DNA of 64,000 bases, from NCBI RefSeq assembly GCF_009914755.1, contig NC_060946.1; one strand, written 5' to 3'. Shown here one piece after another: positions 53,311 through 64,000 of this stretch (its first letter is position 1; each line of letters opens with the position of its first letter). The DNA is from the human T2T-CHM13v2.0 reference genome, Homo sapiens. The translations under genes and the position numbers were made by a program. The notes beneath the pieces were generated by a model, which saw only the letters and a program-made list of their open reading frames with translations, was not told where the DNA came from and made no database searches.

Positions 53311-55589
53311 TATCATTTAGAGTTGAGAAACAAGACTGCACTCTGGGCAGAGTGGGGCACAAAATTACAGAGAACCTGGAGAGCTGGTTGTTGTAGGAAT
53401 GGCAGGTGGCGCAAGGCAGGATGTGCTCAGGAAAAAGCAGAGTCCTGGAGTGAAGGGAATAGGGAGACAAGTCCGCAGGGTGAGATGTAGTCAGCTCATG
53501 AGGACTGGTTTGGCTTTTATTTTGTAGGCAGTGGGGTGCTGTTGAAGGGTTTTGAACAGAGAGATGACAGGTCCAGAAACATACTTTTGGAAGATTAACA
53601 CAGTCAGTTTTGGGTAGGATGATTCAGGGAGGGCAGAGACTGGCTCAGTTTGAAGCAAGTGGAAGTGACACTGGGCAAGTCTGGTTGGGTACCAGTGGAC
53701 CAGTACCTTCAAGAGGGCAGAACCTTGAGTTGTTTTTCAAGGTCCAGGTTTCAGGATCCTAGGCTCAGAGAGTTGACTGTGAGGCGGCTGGCAGGATCTG
53801 GCCCTAGGGACTGACCAAGCTATGGCCAGTGAAACAAACTGTGGACAGGTAACCTGGGTGCTATTGAAACTCAGTTGGTCTACTCCCTGCCCAGGCTTTC
53901 TCTACCCTCCAGAAGTCCCCCTTGAGTTCACAAGTGATTTCTGGAATGTTCTTTGGGTCCATATTAAAAATATATCTCTTGGCTATAGCATTTCTATAGA
54001 AAGCTATTCCCTTCCATTACATTTTCAACTTGTGTTTCTCAGAGTCGCCTGAACTTCCCTGGGAGGAACTTGGGGGACTTGGCTATTCCCCAGCTCCCTG
54101 CTGGTGAAGACCATGAGGCTGGAGGTAGGAGGAAGTGGAATGTGAGAGAGAATGAGGAGGGAGAAGAGATAGACCTGGGTGCCTTGGTGTGGAACGGAGG
54201 GAGAGGGAAGACACCCAGGAGGTTTTGGTTCCCAGGATGCCAGTGCTTTGTTGCCTGGGAAAATACAGTGTTACATCTTTCTGTAGGAAGGATGGGGAAA
54301 GTCCCTGTCCCCTGTTTGCTAGCCATGAGGCAGCTTGTCAGGAGAGTCTCTGGATTCCTGTCACTTTAATTCAATACACAATCTTGTGTTTACTATAATG
54401 ATTTCCTCAGAAACTACAAAACTGAGTACTGAAAAGAGTTCCCAGGAATTAACGGAAATGGGACAGAGCCCTCCTCCCCAGCACTTTGTGCACACTCAGG
54501 ACATCGTGAGCCACCTGCCACACCCAGAAGAGAAAAATCTGACCGGCATCCGGTTTGAATTAGAGCAGGAAGGAAGAGAATTGTGCTCGCCTTTGTCTTT
54601 GCCTTTGCCTTTGCTTACCCAACTGCTGGGACCAGAGGCAGCTGGGTTGAACTTTGTCTTTGGTCAGGGGTGGGGGTGGAGGGGACAGAATCCATTTCCC
54701 TGGGCTCCATCCTCTTTCTGGTCATTTGGACATGTTTCCTGTGATCTAAATCTGATGTAAGGAAATGACAATTGTGAAAGACCCAGCGTGAGAGAATCTG
54801 ATGGGAGGGTGGGTCATCAGGGACCAGCTGGCCTGGCTGATGATGTATTAATATCTTAATCACACAGAGGACCCCAATCTCCTTCCAAACCTAATGAGCG
54901 GAAGTGGTTCTCAAAGCTACTCAGCCAGCTAGCAGCTGCCATAACCCAGTCAGCTGTCCTAACTCTTAGTCCTGTAATCCCTCCTCCTCATAGAAGATTG
55001 TAAACTGGCAGCCCACAGGGCAAATCTAGTGGCCAGGTGTGTTTCATTTGGTCTACATGGCATTTTAAGAACTTTTTGATGCTATCAACATTTTTTAAAA
55101 GTGGCAAATTTCACCTAAATATCTGGATTTTTGGCATGTTTTGAAAGGTTGGAAGACCTGGGAATGGTAGGCCCATGTTCCTGCAGGGGAGTGCTCGTCT
55201 TCCAATGCGGCGCACAAGCTCCAGCGTCCTGCGCTAAACCTAATTGGCCTGGCTGAGGATCTGCTCCTGGAATGCTGGTTGGTCGCCTCCAACTGTCTTT
55301 GACTTAGAGATTATTTACTGTCAGCTTACTCATAGTGGCGCAGAGAAGTGGTTTCTCTGAGCTAGAAGCTTCTAAGAAAAGTCCATCCTCAAAGCTGTTT
55401 GTGGGATAGACCTGGCTCCTCCATTGTAATATTCCTGATTCCAAACACTACTGGAAAGAGCTCTGAACTGGCAGTTAGCAGGCCTGGGCTCCCATCCCGG
55501 CTCTCCTCCTAATGAGCGAAGCCATTTCAATGTAGTCGAACTTAGCCTCTGATCCTTAACTTTCCCTATCTGTAAATGAGGGCGACTAG

Positions 55590-56320
55590 ATGGGTGCGGA
55601 CTGTCATCCGTGTTGAGACTTCCGGCCCCCGCAGAATCAACCTTACCGGCGGGAGCACCTCGAGGGGACGCCGCTCGCACTAGGGGGCGCCAGGGCCGCT
55701 GCAGAGCCCGAGCCAGAGCCAGGGGGCGGGGCCGCGTCTCGGGAGCGAGGCCTGAGAGCGGCGGGGCGGGGCGTCGGCGGGCAGTCCCCTGTGCCAGGTG
55801 TGGTTTGGTCCTCCCAGGGCGCCGTAGGCGGTGCATCCCGTTCGCGCCTGGGGCTGTGGTCTTCCCGCGCCTGAGGCGGCGGCGGCAGGAGCTGAGGGGA
55901 GTTGTAGGGAACTGAGGGGAGCTGCTGTGTCCCCCGCCTCCTCCTCCCCATTTCCGCGCTCCCGGGACCATGTCCGCGCTGGCGGGTAAGGAAGGGCTGC
56001 TCCGCCCTGTCCCGCTGTTATCTCCGAAGTCCGGTTCCATGGCGCCTGAGGGAAACCGGCTGTCTCTCGGGGGTTTCGGGCTGGTTGGGTCCTCGTGGGT
56101 CCGAGCTCCTCAGAAAAGCTGGGAGGCGGGGTGGGCACAGCGCTCCCCAGGCATTTGGAGGGTGGGACTCCGGGAATGGGGAGGCAGGGCATCCTGGAGA
56201 CAGAGGGCTCCGAGGGGCAGGCGGGTTGGGAGGCTTCCCGCGAGTTGAGGTCCCGGGGAGGAAGAGATTCTGGGTCTGCCAGGAATCCAGCTTTTTGGAG
56301 GGACCTGGCGGCCGCAGACC
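55590..56320. promoter_or_regulatory. LIMK2: LIMK2 CpG-island promoter
   Basis: CpG-dense. GC boxes GGGGCGGGG (~55723 and ~55763), CTCF-like motif at 55675-55693, and ZNF143/THAP11-like GGGAGTTGTAG at 55897-55907. Confidence 0.88.
55970..55985 (+). CDS. LIMK2: LIMK2 (isoform 2a) first coding exon: MSALA(G); the rest of the gene lies beyond the window
   Basis: GGGACCATGTCCGCGCTGGCGG|GTAAGG. Matches the recalled LIMK2a N-terminus MSALAGEDVW and the known RNF185-LIMK2 gene order. Confidence 0.9.
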
Positions 56321-57153
56321 CCCAAATTAACCCTTTTTAAGGAAGTTGAAAAGCATGGGGTTCTCTTATAGTGGAAGCTCTGTGGAATTTGAGGAGTACA
56401 GGATCCTCTAGGGTTCAGGACAATTAGGAGAGTTACCCCGGGTTCTGGGTTTTCTGAGGGAAATGGAGGATGTGACTTCCCTGCCAAGACCCAAGGCTTC
56501 TCGCGGGCATCTTGGTGTCTGGGAGTCCCCCGGGGCTGGGAGCTCTTTGCAGAAAATAAGGGAGTATGGAGCCCCTTGAGGTTTAGGACAGGACTAAGGG
56601 TAAGGAGAGATCGGACCATTCTTTTTGGGGCCCAAAGATCTCTGCTACAGGTGGCGAAAGTAGGCCACCTGGGGTTCTGAGTCCTCCTGTGGAAGCTCCC
56701 TTGGCCTCTCTAGACTAAAGACTAGAGGGATTCGGCCAAACACCTCCTGGAAGGAAGAGTTGTCTAAGGGTGAAGGGTAGCTTCAGAGTTGGGTTAGTTG
56801 CACCTGCAGTCACCTCCCCGCCACCTCACACACCACCCTGCAGCTTCCTGCCTTCCCCATCTTTTCCCCCAGCAGTAGGAACCTTCTGTCTCCTATGTTT
56901 CCCAGCCACCTGTGTGGGTGGCCCACCCTCTGGGTCCACCAGGGTCAGCGTCCAGAAGCTTTGGAGAGGCGGCAAGAGGGTATTGAGGTGGAGGGGGGCT
57001 GGCTATCTGCCCCCTGCTTCCTGGCTTTCCGTCTGTGGACAGTCACTTCCTTCATCTTGAATGCAAGGACTGGGCTACCAGTGGGTCACTTCCTCAGCAA
57101 GGGAGCATGGGATTTTCTCTTCACTGGTGATAACAGACTTCTGGAGAGAGCTA

Positions 57154-63436
<6,283 letters not shown>

Positions 63437-64000
63437 CTTTTCTGGACTCTTAACAATCAGTAGCCACTGTTGATAAGTCTGCAAATATGAGAGGTAAACA
63501 CTATAGAGGGAGAGAATGAACAGCCTGGTACAATGAGATATTTTCTTAAGAAAGAACTTCCCAGGCTGACTGGACTTTGGATTGATCCTCCACTAGGCTT
63601 CACAGAAATCCCTAAGACTTTGCATTACAGTATTACATTTCTTTTACATTTCCTAGAATAAAGGTGGTAAGAGAATAGATCAATGAATTTTTAAGACTGT
63701 AAGAGAGCTAAAGAAGTCAAGAGTGTTCTCTTGAAGAGGGTCTGGGCATAGGAGGCTGTGTGCTTTGGGTGAATATCTTTGCTCAGGTACTTCCTAACAG
63801 AAAAGCAGTGTGAATGCATAACAGGTAAACTGAGGCCAGGTTTATCCACATGAGACTACTCATAGGTAATCTGGGAGCCGGAACAGTTATTCCAGTGGAA
63901 TCATCTGTGCTGACCTTTGGAACTTATCTTTGGAAATTGCTTTTATAGCTGGCAGTTGGATCCAAATTTTCAGTTGGGTTCACCACACAAAGGAATGTCT

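Noticed and set aside
55372-56619. 222-aa, 170-aa and 169-aa antisense ORFs over the LIMK2 promoter
   Set aside because: Expected in GC-rich CpG islands; no recognisable domain.

Overview
Hominoid (most likely human 22q12.2) euchromatic DNA with roughly 70 Alus. It holds the complete RNF185 gene on the + strand. RNF185 has a CpG-island promoter and non-coding exon 1 near 3.65-3.79 kb, a ~26.8 kb intron 1, and six coding exons (30627-30802, 36238-36256, 39027-39139, 40494-40548, 45054-45171, 48041-48138). These splice to 579 nt, a 192-aa C3HC4 RING E3 ligase, and are followed by a 2.4 kb Alu-free 3'UTR. Next come the LIMK2 promoter and first coding exon (MSALAG, 55970-55985). Also present: the MIR3928 hairpin antisense at the RNF185 promoter, a SNRPN processed pseudogene at the left edge, a full-length antisense SVA and a sense L1PA 3' fragment in intron 1, a 7SL fragment, a 24-nt tRNA-Glu 5' fragment insertion, DNA-transposon fossils and microsatellites. 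Almost all ORFs in the supplied track are Alu, SVA or low-complexity artefacts. I see no convincing novel biological system; the findings are regulatory or evolutionary hypotheses. Gene and repeat-family names come from my recall of the sequences, not from a database search.
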